A stretch of DNA of 64,000 nucleotides from the human T2T-CHM13v2.0 reference genome, Homo sapiens. The notes below the pieces were generated by a model. The model saw only the letters and a program-made list of their open reading frames with translations, did not search any database and was not told the origin of the DNA. Below are positions 52,080 to 64,000 of this stretch, piece after piece (the stretch's first letter is position 1; each line of letters begins with the position of its first letter). Location of the stretch: the NCBI RefSeq assembly GCF_009914755.1, contig NC_060925.1; one strand, written 5' to 3'. Position numbers and translations under genes: made by a program.

Positions 52080-55000
52080 GAAATCTCCACTTGCAAATTC
52101 CACAAAAACAGTGTTTCAAATCTGCTCTCTCTAAATGAAAGTTCAACTCTGTCAGTTGAATACACACAACACAAGGAAGTTACTGAGAATTCTTCTGTCT
52201 AGCATAATATGAAGAAATCCCGTTTCCAACGAAGGCCTCAAAGGGGTCTGAATATCCACTTGCAGACTTTATAAACAGAGTGTTTACTAACTGCTCTATG
52301 AAAAGAAAGGTTAAACTCTGTGAGTTGAACACACACATCACAAAGGAGTTTCTGAGAATCATTCTGTCTAGTTTTTCTACGAAGATATTTCCTTTTCTAC
52401 TATTGACCTCAAAGCGGCTGAAATCTCCACTTGCAAATTCCACAAAAAGAGTGTTTCAAGTCTGCTCTGTGTAAAGGATCGTTCAACTCTGTGAGCTGAA
52501 TACACACAACACAAGGAAGTTACTGAGAATTATTCTGTCTAGCAGAATATGAAGAAATCCCGTTTCCAACGAAGGCCTCAAGGAGGTCTGAATATCCACT
52601 TGCAGACTTTACAAACAGAGTGTTTCCTAACTGCTGTATGAAAAGAAAGGTTAAACTCTGTGAGTTGAACGCACACATCACAAAGGAGTTTATGAGAATC
52701 ATTCTGTCTAGTTTCTATAGGAAGATATTTCCTATTCTACCATTGACCAGAAAAGCGGCTGAAATCTCCACTTGCAAATTCCACAAAAAGAGTGTTTCAA
52801 GTCTGCTCTCTGTAAAGGATCGTTCAACTCTGTGAGTTGAATACACACAACACAAGGAAGTTACTGAGAATTCTTCTGTCTAGCATAATATGAAGAAATC
52901 CCGTTTCCAACGAAGGCCTCAAAGAGGTCTGAATATCCACTTGCAGACTTTACAAACAGAGTGTTTCCTAACTGCTCTATGAAAAGAAAAGTTAAACTCT
53001 GTGAGTTGAACGCACACATCACAAAGGAGTTTCTGAGAATCATTCTGTCTAGTCTTTATACGAAGATATTTCCTTTTCTACCATTGACCTCAAAGCGGCT
53101 GAAATCTCCACTTGCAAATTCCACAAAAAGATTGTTTCAAGTCTGCTCTGTGTAAAGGATCGTTCAACTCTGTGAGTTGAATACACACAACACAAGGAAG
53201 TTACTGAGAATTATTCTGTCTAGCAGAATATGAAGAAATCCCGTTTCCAACGAAGGCCACAAGATGTCAGAATATCCACTTACAGACTTCACAAACAGAG
53301 TGTTTCCTAACTGCTCTATGAAGAGAAAGGTTAAACTCTGTGAGTTGAACGAACACATCACAACGCAGTTTGTGGGAATGATTCTGTCTAGTTTTGAAAC
53401 GAAGATATCTCCTTTTCTGCCATTGACCTTAAAGCGCTTGAAATCTACACTTGCAAATTGCACAAATAGAGTGTTTCAAATCTGCTCTGTCTAAGGGAAC
53501 GTTCAACTCTGTGAGTTGAATGCACACAACACATGGAAGTTACTGGGAATTCTTCTGTCTAGCCTTACATGAAAAAAACCCGTTTCCAACGAAGGCCTCT
53601 AAGTGGTCAAAATATCCACGTGCAGACTTTACAAACAGAGTGTTTCCAAACAGCTGAATGAAAAGAAAAGAAACTCTGAGAGTTGAACGCACACATCACG
53701 CAGCAGTTTCTGAGAATGATTCTGTCTAGTTTTTATACGAAGATATTTCCTTTTCTGCCTTTGGCCCCAAAGCGCTTGAAATCACCACTTGCAAATTCCA
53801 CAAAAACAGTGTTTCAAATCTGCTCTCTCTAAATGAAAGTTCAACTCTGTCAGTTGAATACACACAACACAAGGAAGTTACTGAGAATTCTTCTGTCTAG
53901 CATAATATGAAGAAATCCCGTTTCCAACGAAGGCCTCAAAGGGGTCTGAATATCCAATTGCAGACTTTATAAACAGAGTGTTTACTAACTGCTCTATGAA
54001 AAGAAAGGTTAAACTCTGTGAGTTGAACACACACATCACAAAGGAGTTTCTGAGAATCATTCTGTCTAATTTTTCTTCGAAGATATTTCCTATTCTACCA
54101 TTGACCTCAAAGCGGCTGAAATCTCCACTTGCAAATTCCACAAAAAGAGTGTTTCAAGTCTGCTCTCTGTAAAGGATCATTCAACTCTGTGAGTTGAATA
54201 CACACAACACAAGGAAGTTACTGAGAATTCTTCTGTCTAGCAGAATATGAAGAAATCCCGTTTCCAAAGAAGGCCTCAAAGAGGTCTGAATATCCACTTG
54301 CAGACTTTACAAACAGAGTGTTTCCTAACTGCTCTATGAAAAGAAAAGTTAAACTCTGTGAGTTGAACGCACACATCACAAAGGATTTTCTGAGAATCAT
54401 TCTGTCTAGTCTTTATACGACGATAGTTTCCTTTTCAACCATTGACCTCAAAGCGGCTGAAATCTCCACTTGCAAATTCCACAAAAAGAGTGTTTCAAGT
54501 CTGCTCTGTGTAAAGGATCGTTCAACTCTGTGAGTTGAATACACACAACACAAGGAAGTTACTGAGAATTCTTCTGTCTAGCAGAATATGAAGAAATCCC
54601 GTTTCCAACGAAGGCATCAAAGAGGTCTGAATATTCACTTGCAGACTTTACAAACAGAGTGTTTCCTAACTGATCTATGAAAAGAAAGGTTAAACTCTGT
54701 GAGTTGAACGCACACATCACAAAGGAGTTTCTGAGAATCATTCTGTCTAGTTTCTATAGGAAGATATTTCCTATTCTACCATTGACCTCAAAGCGGCTGA
54801 AATCTCCACTTGCAAATTCCACAAAAAGAGTGTTTCAAGTCTGCTCTGTGTAAAGGATCGTTCAACTCTGTGAGTTGAGTACACACAACACAAGGATGTT
54901 ACTGAGAATTCTTCTGTCTAGCAGAATATGAAGAAATCCCGTTTCCAACGAAGGCCACAAGATGTCAGAATATCCACTTACAGACTTTACAAACAGAGTG

Positions 55001-57958
55001 TTTCCTAACTGCTCTATGAACAGAAAGGTTAAACTCTGTGAGTTGAACGAACACATCACAACGCAGTTTGTGGGAATGATTCTGTCTAGTTTTGAAACGA
55101 AGATATTTCCTTTTCTGCCATTGACCTTAAAGCGCTTGAAATCTACACTTGCAAATTGCACAAATAGAGTGTTTCAAATCTGCTCTGTCTAAGGGAACGT
55201 TCAACTCTGTGAGTTGAATGCACACAACACAAGGAAGTTACTGGGAATTCTTCTGTCTAGCCTTACATGAAAAAAACCCGTTTCCAACGAAGGCCTCTAA
55301 GTGGTCAAAATATCCACGTGCAGACTTTACAAACAGAGTGTTTCCAAACCGCTGAATGAAAAGAAAAGTTAAACTCTGAGAGTTGAACGCACACATCACG
55401 CAGCAGTTTCTGAGAATGATTCTGTCTAGTTTTTATACGAAGATATTTCCTTTTCTGCCTTTGGCCCCAAAGCGCTTGAAATCTCCACTTGCAAATTCCA
55501 CAAAAACAGTGTTTCAAATCTGCTCTCTCTAAATGAAAGTTCAACTCTGTCAGTTGAATACACACAACACAAGGAAGTTACTGAGAATTCTTCTGTCTAG
55601 CATAATATGAAGAAATCCCGTTTCCAACGAAGGCCTCAAAGGGGTCTGAATATCCACTTGCAGACTTTATAAACAGAGTGTTTACTAACTGCTCTATGAA
55701 AAGAAAGGTTAAACTCTGTGAGTTGAACACACACATCACAAAGGAGTTTCTGAGAATCATTCTGTCTAGTATTTCTACGAAGATATTTCCTTTTCTACTA
55801 TTGACCTCAAAGCGGCTGAAATCTCCACTTGCAAATTCCACAAAAAGAGTGTTTCAAGTCTGCTCTGTGTAAAGGATCGTTCAACTCTGTGAGCTGAATA
55901 CACACAACACAAGGAAGTTACTGAGAATTATTCTGTCTAGCAGAATATGAAGAAATCCCGTTTCCAACGAAGGCCTCAAGGAGGTCTGAATATCCACTTG
56001 CAGACTTTACAATCAGAGTGTTTCCTAACTGCTCTATGAAAAGAAAGGTTAAACTCTGTGAGTTGAACGCACACATCACAAAGGAGTTTATGAGAATCAT
56101 TCTGTCTAGTTTCTATAGGAAGATATTTCCTATTCTACCATTGACCAGAAAAGCGGCTGAAATCTCCACTTGCAAATTCCACAAAAAGAGTGTTTCAAGT
56201 CTGCTCTCTGTAAAGGATCGTTCAACTCTGTGAGTTGAATACACACAACACAAGGAAGTTACTGAGAATTCTTCTGTCTAGCATAATATGAAGAAATCCC
56301 GTTTCAAACGAAGGCCTCAAAGAGGTCTGAATATCCACTTGCAGACTTTACAAACAGAGTGTTTCCTAACTGCTCTATGAAAAGAAAAGTTAAACTCTGT
56401 GAGTTGAACGCACACATCACAAAGGAGTTTCTGAGAATCATTCTGTCTAGTCTTTATACGAAGATATTTCCTTTTCTACCATTGACCTCAAAGCGGCTGA
56501 AATCTCCACTTGCAAATTCCACAAAAAGAGTGTTTCAAGTCTGCTCTGTGTAAAGGATCGTTCAACTCTGTGAGTTGAATACACACAACACAAGGAAGTT
56601 ACTGAGAATTCTTCTGTCTAGCAGAATATGAAGAAATCCCGTTTCCAACGAAGGCCACAAGATGTCAGAATATCCACTTACAGACTTCACAAACAGAGTG
56701 TTTCCTAACTGCTCTATGAAGAGAAAGGTTAAACTCTGTGAGTTGAACGAACACATCACAACGCAGTTTGTGGGAATGATTCTGTCTAGTTTTGAAACGA
56801 AGATATCTCCTTTTCTGCCATTGACCTTAAAGCGCTTGAAATCTACACTTGCAAATTGCACAAATAGAGTGTTTCAAAACTGCTCTGTCTAAGGGAACGT
56901 TCAACTCTGTGAGTTGAATGCACACAACACATGGAAGTTACTGGGAATTCTTCTGTCTAGCCTTACATGAAAAAAACCCGTTTCCAACGAAGGCCTCTAA
57001 GTGGTGAAAATATCCACGTGCAGACTTTACAAACAGAGTGTTTCCAAACAGCTGAATGAAAAGAAAAGAAACTCTGAGAGTTGAACGCACACATCACGCA
57101 GCAGTTTCTGAGAATGATTCTGTCTAGTTTTTATACGAAGATATTTCCTTTTCTGCCTTTGGCCCCAAAGCGCTTGAAATCACCACTTGCAAATTCCACA
57201 AAAACAGTGTTTCAAATCTGCTCTCTCTAAATGAAAGTTCAACTCTGTCAGTTGAATACACACAACACAAGGAAGTTACTGAGAATTCTTCTGTCTAGCA
57301 TAATATGAAGAAATCCCGTTTCCAACGAAGGCCTCAAAGGGGTCTGAATATCCAATTGCAGACTTTATAAACAGAGTGTTTACTAACTGCTCTATGAAAA
57401 GAAAGGTTAAACTCTGTGAGTTGAACACACACATCACAAAGGAGTTTCTGAGAATCATTCTGTCTAGTTTTTCTTCGAAGATATTTCCTATTCTACCATT
57501 GACCTCAAAGCGGCTGAAATCTCCACTTGCAAATTCCACAAAAAGAGTGTTTCAAGTCTGCTCTCTGTAAAGGATCATTCAACTCTGTGAGTTGAATACA
57601 CACAACACAAGGAAGTTACTGAGAATTCTTCTGTCTAGCAGAATATGAAGAAATCCCGTTTCCAAAGAAGGCCTCAAAGAGGTCTGAATATCCACTTGCA
57701 GACTTTACAAACAGAGTGTTTCCTAACTGCTCTATGAAAAGAAAAGTTAAACTCTGTGAGTTGAACGCACACATCACAAAGGATTTTCTGAGAATCATTC
57801 TGTCTAGTCTTTATACGACGATAGTTCCGTTTTCTACCATTGACCTCAAAGCGGCTGAAATCTCCACTTGCAAATTCCACAAAAAGAGTGTTTCAAGTCT
57901 GCTCTGTGTAAAGGATCGTTCAACTCTGTGAGTTGAATACACACAACACAAGGAAGTT
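52080..57958 (-). repeat. ~2.5-kb duplication at offset 3,398 bp (20 monomers): ~52080-54560 and ~55478-57958
   Basis: ORF pairs are 52180/55578, 52620/56018, 53164/56562, 53878/57276 and 54218/57616. Shared variants are gagctgaa, ttgaccagaaaagcgg, gatatctcc, acatggaag, the 2-bp deletion aaaagaaactctg, aatcaccac, tccaattg, ggatcatt and acgacgatag. Confidence 0.88.
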
Positions 57959-60900
57959 ACTGAGAATTCTTCTGTCTAGCAGAATAAGAAGAAATCCCGT
58001 TTCCAACGAAGGCCTCAAGGAGGTCTGAATATCCACTTGCAGACTTTACAAACAGAGTGTTTCCTAACTGCTCTATGAAAAGAAAGGTGAAACTCTGTGA
58101 GTTGAATGCACACATCACAAAGGAGTTTATGAGAATCATTCTGTCTAGTTTCTATAGGAAGATATTTCCTATTCTACCATTGACCTCAAAGCGGCTGAAA
58201 TCTCCACTTGCAAATTCCACAAAAAGAGTGTTTCAAGTCTGCTCTCTGTAAAGGATCGTTCAACTCTGTGAGTTGAATACACACAACACAAGGAAGTTAC
58301 TGAGAATTATTCTGTCTAGCATAATATGAAGAAATCTCGTTTCCAACGAAGGCCTCAAAGAGGTCTGAATATCCACTTGCAGACTTTACAAACAGAGTGT
58401 TTCCTAACTGCTCTATGAAAAGAAAAGTTTAACTCTGTGTGTTGAACGCACACATCACAAAGGAGTTTCTGAGAATCATTCTGTCTAGTCTTTATACGAA
58501 GATATTTCCTTTTCTACCATTGACCTCAAAGCGGCTGAAATCTCCACTTGCAAATTCCACAAAAAGAGTGTTTCAAGTCTGCTCTCTGTAAAGGATCGTT
58601 CAACTCTGTGAGTTGAATACACACAACACAAGGAAGTTACTGAGAATTCTTCTGTCTAGCAGAATATGAAGAAATCCCGTTTCCAACGAAGGCCTCAAAG
58701 AGGTCTGAATATCCACTTGCAGACTTTACAAACAGAGTGTTTCCTAACCGCTCTATGAAAAGAAAAGTTAAACTCTGTGTGTTGAACGCACACATCACAA
58801 AGGAGTTTCTGAGAATCATTCTGTCTAGTCTTTATACGAAGATATATCCTTTTCTACCATTGACCTCAAAGCGGCTGAAATCTCCACTTGCGAATTCCAC
58901 AAAAAGAGTGTTTCAAGTCTGCTCTCTGTAAAGGATCGTTCAACTCTGTGAGTTGAATACACACAACACAAGGAAGTTACTGAGAATTATTCTGTCTGGC
59001 ATAATATGAAGAAATCCCGTTTCCAACGAAGGCCTCAAAGAGGTCTGAATATCCACTTGCAGACTTTACAGAGTGTTTCCTAACTGCTCTATGAAAAGAA
59101 AAGTTAAACTCTGTGAGTTGAACGCACACATCACAAAGGAGTTTCTGAGAATCATTCTGTCTAGTCTTTATACGAAGATATTTCCTTTTCTACCATTGAC
59201 CTCAAAGCGGCTGAAATCTCCACTTGCAAATTCCACAAAAAGAGTGTTTCAAGTCTGCTCTGTGTAAAGAATCGTTCAACTCTGTAAGTTGAATACACAC
59301 AACACAAGGAAGTTACTGAGAATTCTTCTGTCTAGCAGAATATGAAGAAATCCCGTTTCCAACGAAGGCCTCAAGGAGGTCTGAATATCCACTTGCAGAC
59401 TTTACAAACAGAGTGTTTCCTAACTGCTCTATGAAAAGATAGGTTAAACTCTGTGAGTTGAACGCACACATCACAAAGGAGTTTCTGAGAATCATTCTGT
59501 CTAGTCTTTATACGAAGATATTTCCTTTTCTACCATTGACCTCAAAGCGGCTGAAATCTCCACTTGCAAATTCCACAAAAAGAGTGTTTCAAGTCTGCTC
59601 TGTGTAAAGGATCGTTCAACTCTGTGAGTTGAATACACACAACACAAGGAAGTTACTGAGAATTCTTCTGTCTAGCAGAATATGAAGAAATCCCGTTTCC
59701 AACGAAGGCCACAAGATGTCAGAATATCCACTTACAGACTTTACAAACAGAGTGTTTCCTAACTGCTCTATGAACGGAAAGGTTAAACTCTGTGAGTTGA
59801 ACGAACACATCACAACGCAGTTTGTGGGAATGATTCTGTCTAGTTTTGAAACGAAGATATTTCCTTTTCTGCCATTGACCTTAAAGCGCTTGAAATCTAC
59901 ACTTGCAAATTGCACAAATAGAGTGTTTCAAATCTGCTCTGTCTAAGGGAACGTTCAACTCTGTGAGTTGAATGCACACAACACAAGGAAGTTACTGGGA
60001 ATTCTTCTGTCTAGCCTTACATGAAAAAAACCCGTTTCCAACGAAGGCTTCTAAGTGGTCAAAATATCCACGTGCAGACTTTACAAACAGAGTGTTTCCA
60101 AACCGCTGAATGAAAAGAAAAGTTAAACTCTGACAGTTGAACGCACACATCACGCAGCAGTTTCTGAGAATGATTCAGTCTAGTTTTTATACGAAGATAT
60201 TTCCTTTTCTGCCTTTGGCCCCAAAGCGCTTGAAATCTCCATTTGCAAATTCCACAAAAACAGTGTTTCAAATCTGCTCTCTCTAAATGAAAGTTCAACT
60301 CTGTCAGTTGAATACACACAACACAAGGAAGTTACTGAGAATTCTTCTGTCTAGCATAATATGAAGAAATCCCGTTTCCAACGAAGGCCTCAAAGGGGTC
60401 TGAATATCCACTTGCAGACTTTATAAACAGAGTGTTTACTAACTGCTCTATGAAAAGAAAGGTTAAACTCTGTGAGTTGAACACACACATCACAAAGGAG
60501 TTTCTGAGAATCATTCTGTCTAGTTTTTCTACGAAGATATTTCCTTTTCTACTATTGACCTCAAAGCGGCTGAAATCTCCACTTGCAAATTCCACAAAAA
60601 CAGTGTTTCAAGTCTGCTCTGTGTAAAGGATCGTTCAACTCTGCGAGTTCAATACACACAACACAAGGAAGTTACTGAGAATTCTTCTGTCTAGCAGAAT
60701 ATGAAGAAATCCCGTTTCCAAAGAAGGCCTCAAAGAGGTCTGAATATCCACTTGCAGACTTTACAAACAGAGTGTTTCCTAACTGCTCTATGAAAAGAAA
60801 GGTTAAACTCTGTGAGTTGAATGCACACATCACAAAGGAGTTTCTGAGAATCATTCTGTCTAGTTTCTATAGGAAGATATTTCCTATTCTATCATTGACC

Positions 60901-63900
60901 TCAAAGCGGCTGAAATCTCCACTTGCAAATTCCACAAAAAGAGTGTTTCAAGTCTGCTCTCTGTAAAGGATCGTTCAACTCTGTGAGTTGAATACACACA
61001 ACACAAGGAAGTTACTGAGAATTATTCTGTCTAGCATAATATGAAGAAATCCCGTTTCCAACGAAGGCCTCAAAGAGGTCTGAATATCCACTTGCAGACT
61101 TTACAAACAGAGTGTTTCCTAACTGCTCTATGAAAAGAAAAGTTAAACTCTGTGTGTTGAACGCACACATCACAAAGGAGTTTCTGAGAATCATTCTGTC
61201 TAGTCTTTATACGAAGATATTTCCTTTTCTACCATTGACCTCAAAGCGGCTGAAATCTCCACTTGCAAATTCCACAAAAAGAGTCTTTCAAGTCTGCTCT
61301 CTGTAAAGGATCGTTCAACTCTGTGAGTTGAATACACACAACACAAGGAAGTTACTGAGAATTCTTCTGTCTAGCAGAATATGAAGAAATCCCGTTTCCA
61401 ACGAAGGCGTCAAAGAGGTCTGAATATCCACTTGCAGACTTTACAAACAGAGTGTTTCCTAACTGCTCTATGAAAAGAAAAGTTAAACTCTGTGAGTTGA
61501 ACGCACACATCACAAAGGAGTTTCTGAGAATCATTCTGTCTAGTCTTTATACGAAGATATTTCCTTTTCTACCATTGACCTCAAAGCGGCTGAAATCTCC
61601 ACTTGCAAATTCCACAAAAAGAGTGTTTCAAGTCTGCTCTCTGTAAAGGATCGTTCAACTCTGTGAGTTGAATACACACAACACAAGGAAGTTACTGAGA
61701 ATTATTCTGTCTAGCAGAATATGAAGAAATCCCGTTTCCATCGAAGACCTCAAGGAGGTCTGAATATCCACTTGCAGACTTTAGAGAGTGTTTCCTAACT
61801 GCTCTATGAAAAGAAAGGTTAAACTCTGTGAGTTGAACGCACACATCACAAAGGAGTTTCTGAGAATCATTCTGTCTAGTCTTTATACGAAGATATTTCC
61901 TTTTCTACCATTGACCTCAAAGCGGCTGAAATCTCCACTTGCAAATTCCACAAAAAGAGTGTTTCAAGTCTGCTCTGTGTAAAGGATCGTTCAACTCTGT
62001 GAGTTGAATACACACAACACAAGGAAGTTACTGAGAATTCTTCTGTCTAGCAGAATATGAAGAAATCCCGTTTCCAACGAAGGCCACAAGATGTCAGAAT
62101 ATCCACTTACAGACTTTACAAACAGTGTGTTTCCTAACTGCTCTATGAACGGAAAGGTTAAACTCTGTGAGTTGAACGAACACATCACAACGCAGTTTGT
62201 GGGAATGATTCTGTCTAATTTTGAAACGAAGATATTTCCTTTTCTGCCATTGACCTTAAAGCGCTTGAAATCTACACTTGCAAATTGCACAAATAGAGTG
62301 TTTCAAATCTGCTCTGTCTAAGGGAACGTTCAACTCTGTGAGTTGAATGCACACAACACAAGGAAGTTACTGGGAATTCTTCTGTCTAGCCTTACATGAA
62401 AAAAACCCGTTTCCAACGAAGGCCTCTAAGTGGTCAAAATATCCACGTGCAGACTTTACAAACAGAGTGTTTCCAAACCGCTGAATGAAAAGAAAAGTTA
62501 AACTCTGAGAGTTGAACGCACACATCACGCAGCAGTTTCTGAGAATGATTCTGTCTAGTTTTTATACGAAGATATTTCCTTTTCTGCCTTTGGCACCAAA
62601 GCGCTTGAAATCTCCATTTGCAAATTCCACAAAAACAGTGTTTCAAATCTGCTCTCTCTAAATGAAAGTTCAACTCTGTCAGTTGAATACACACAACAGA
62701 AGGAAGTTACTGAGAATTCTTCTGTCTAGCATAATATGAAGAAATCCCGTTTCCAACGAAGGCCTCAAAGGGGTCTGAATATCCACTTGCAGACTTTATA
62801 AACAGAGTGTTTACTAACTGCTCTATGAAAAGAAAGGTTAACCTCTGTGAGTTGAACACACACATCACAAAGGAGTTTCTGAGAATCATTCTGTCTAGTT
62901 TTTCTACGAAGATATTTCCTTTTCTACTATTGACCTCAAAGCGGCTGAAATCTCCACTTGCAAATTCCACAAAAAGAGTGTTTCAAGTCTGCTCTGTGTA
63001 AAGGATCGTTCAACTCTGCGAGTTCAATACACACAACACAAGGAAGTTACTGAGAATTCTTCTGTCTAGCAGAATAAGAAGAAATCCCGTTTCCAACGAA
63101 GGCCTCAAAGAGGTCTGAATATTCACTTGCAGACTTTACAAACAGAGTGTTTCCTAACTGCTCTATGAAAAGAAAGGTTAAACTCTGTGAGTTGAACGCA
63201 CACATCACAAAGGAGTTTCTGAGAATCATTCTGTCTAGTTTCTATAGGAAGATATTTCCTATTCTATCATTGACCTCAAAGCGGCTGAAATCTCCACTTG
63301 CAAATTCCACAAAAAGAGTGTTTCAAGACTGCTCTCTGTAAAGGATCGTTCAACTCTGTGAGTTGAATACACACAACACAAGGAAGTTACTGAGAATTAT
63401 TCTGTCTAGCATAATATGAAGAAATCCAGTTTCCAACGAAGGCCTCAAAGAGGTCTGAATATCCACTTGCAGACTTTACAAACAGAGTGTTTCCTAACTG
63501 CTCTATGAAAAGAAAAGTTAAACTCTGTGTGTTGAACGCACACATCACAAAGGAGTTTCTGAGAATCATTCTGTCTAGTCTTTATAGGAAGATATTTCCT
63601 TTTCTACCATTGACCTCAAAGCGGCTGAAATCTCCACTTGCAAATTCCACAAAAAGAGTGTTTCAAGTCTGCTCTCTGTAAAGGATCGTTCAACTCTGTG
63701 AGTTGAATACACACAACACAAGGAAGTTACTGAGAATTCTTCTGTCTAGCATAATATGAAGAATCCCGTTTCCAACGAAGGCCTCAAAGAGCTCTGAATA
63801 TCCACTTGCAGACTTTACAAACAGAGTGTTTCCTAACTGCTCTATGAAAAGAAAAGTTAAACTCTCTGAGTTGAACGCACACATCACAAAGGAGTTTCTG

Positions 63901-64000
63901 AGAATCATTCTGTCTAGTCTTTATACGAAGATATTTCCTTTTCTACCATTGACCTCAAAGCGGCTGAAATCTCCACTTGCAAATTCCACAAAAAGAGTGT

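Larger units (their letters stand above)
6518..64000 (-). repeat. Alpha-satellite HOR array of the same family, reverse orientation
   Basis: This is the reverse complement of the same dimer (tcccgtttccaacgaag boxes, agagtgtttcaagtctgctc), continuous to the window end. The recurrent pseudo-ORFs swap strand after ~6.5 kb. I saw no non-satellite insertion. Confidence 0.97.

Noticed and set aside
43-63908. Hundreds of 60-119 aa ORFs on both strands (MFPNCSMK..., MILRNSFV..., MCIQLTEL...)
   Set aside because: They recur with the satellite period, often start at GTG, overlap on both strands, are freely broken by indels and resemble no protein family I recognise. They are translation artefacts of alpha satellite.
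1-64000. CRISPR-like array (regular repeats with a short palindrome)
   Set aside because: There are no unique spacers and no cas genes. The whole unit is repeated and is recognisable alpha satellite.
1-64000. Definite assignment to chromosome 1
   Set aside because: Chromosomes 1, 5 and 19 share this HOR family. The inversion is suggestive of chr1, but the chromosome cannot be fixed without alignment.

Overview
The whole window is primate (human-type) centromeric alpha-satellite DNA: ~171-bp monomers arranged as 340-bp A/B dimers, with a CENP-B box position and usually an EcoRI site once per dimer. It matches suprachromosomal family 1 and is most consistent with the chr1/5/19 live HOR family (D1Z7/D5Z2/D19Z3). 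I see no genes, RNAs or mobile elements, and the listed ORFs are repeat artefacts. The main structural feature is a sharp strand switch at position 6517. Bases 1-6517 run forward and 6518-64000 run in reverse, joined with only 1 bp of microhomology. The join creates a 93-bp perfect inverted repeat (126 bp near-perfect) around a 68-nt spacer, flanked by oppositely oriented CENP-B boxes. The inverted side is not a uniform HOR. A divergent 4-monomer cassette is separated by variable runs of near-identical dimers, giving 6- to 24-mer variants. On top of this sit a ~3.1x tandem 5,437-bp (32-monomer) super-repeat, a 3,737-bp variant of it next to the breakpoint, and further duplications at offsets of 680, 1,015, 3,398, 6,794 and 7,130 bp. 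I found no evidence for a new protein-coding system. All comparisons were made by eye and from ORF-track offsets, so block boundaries are approximate.
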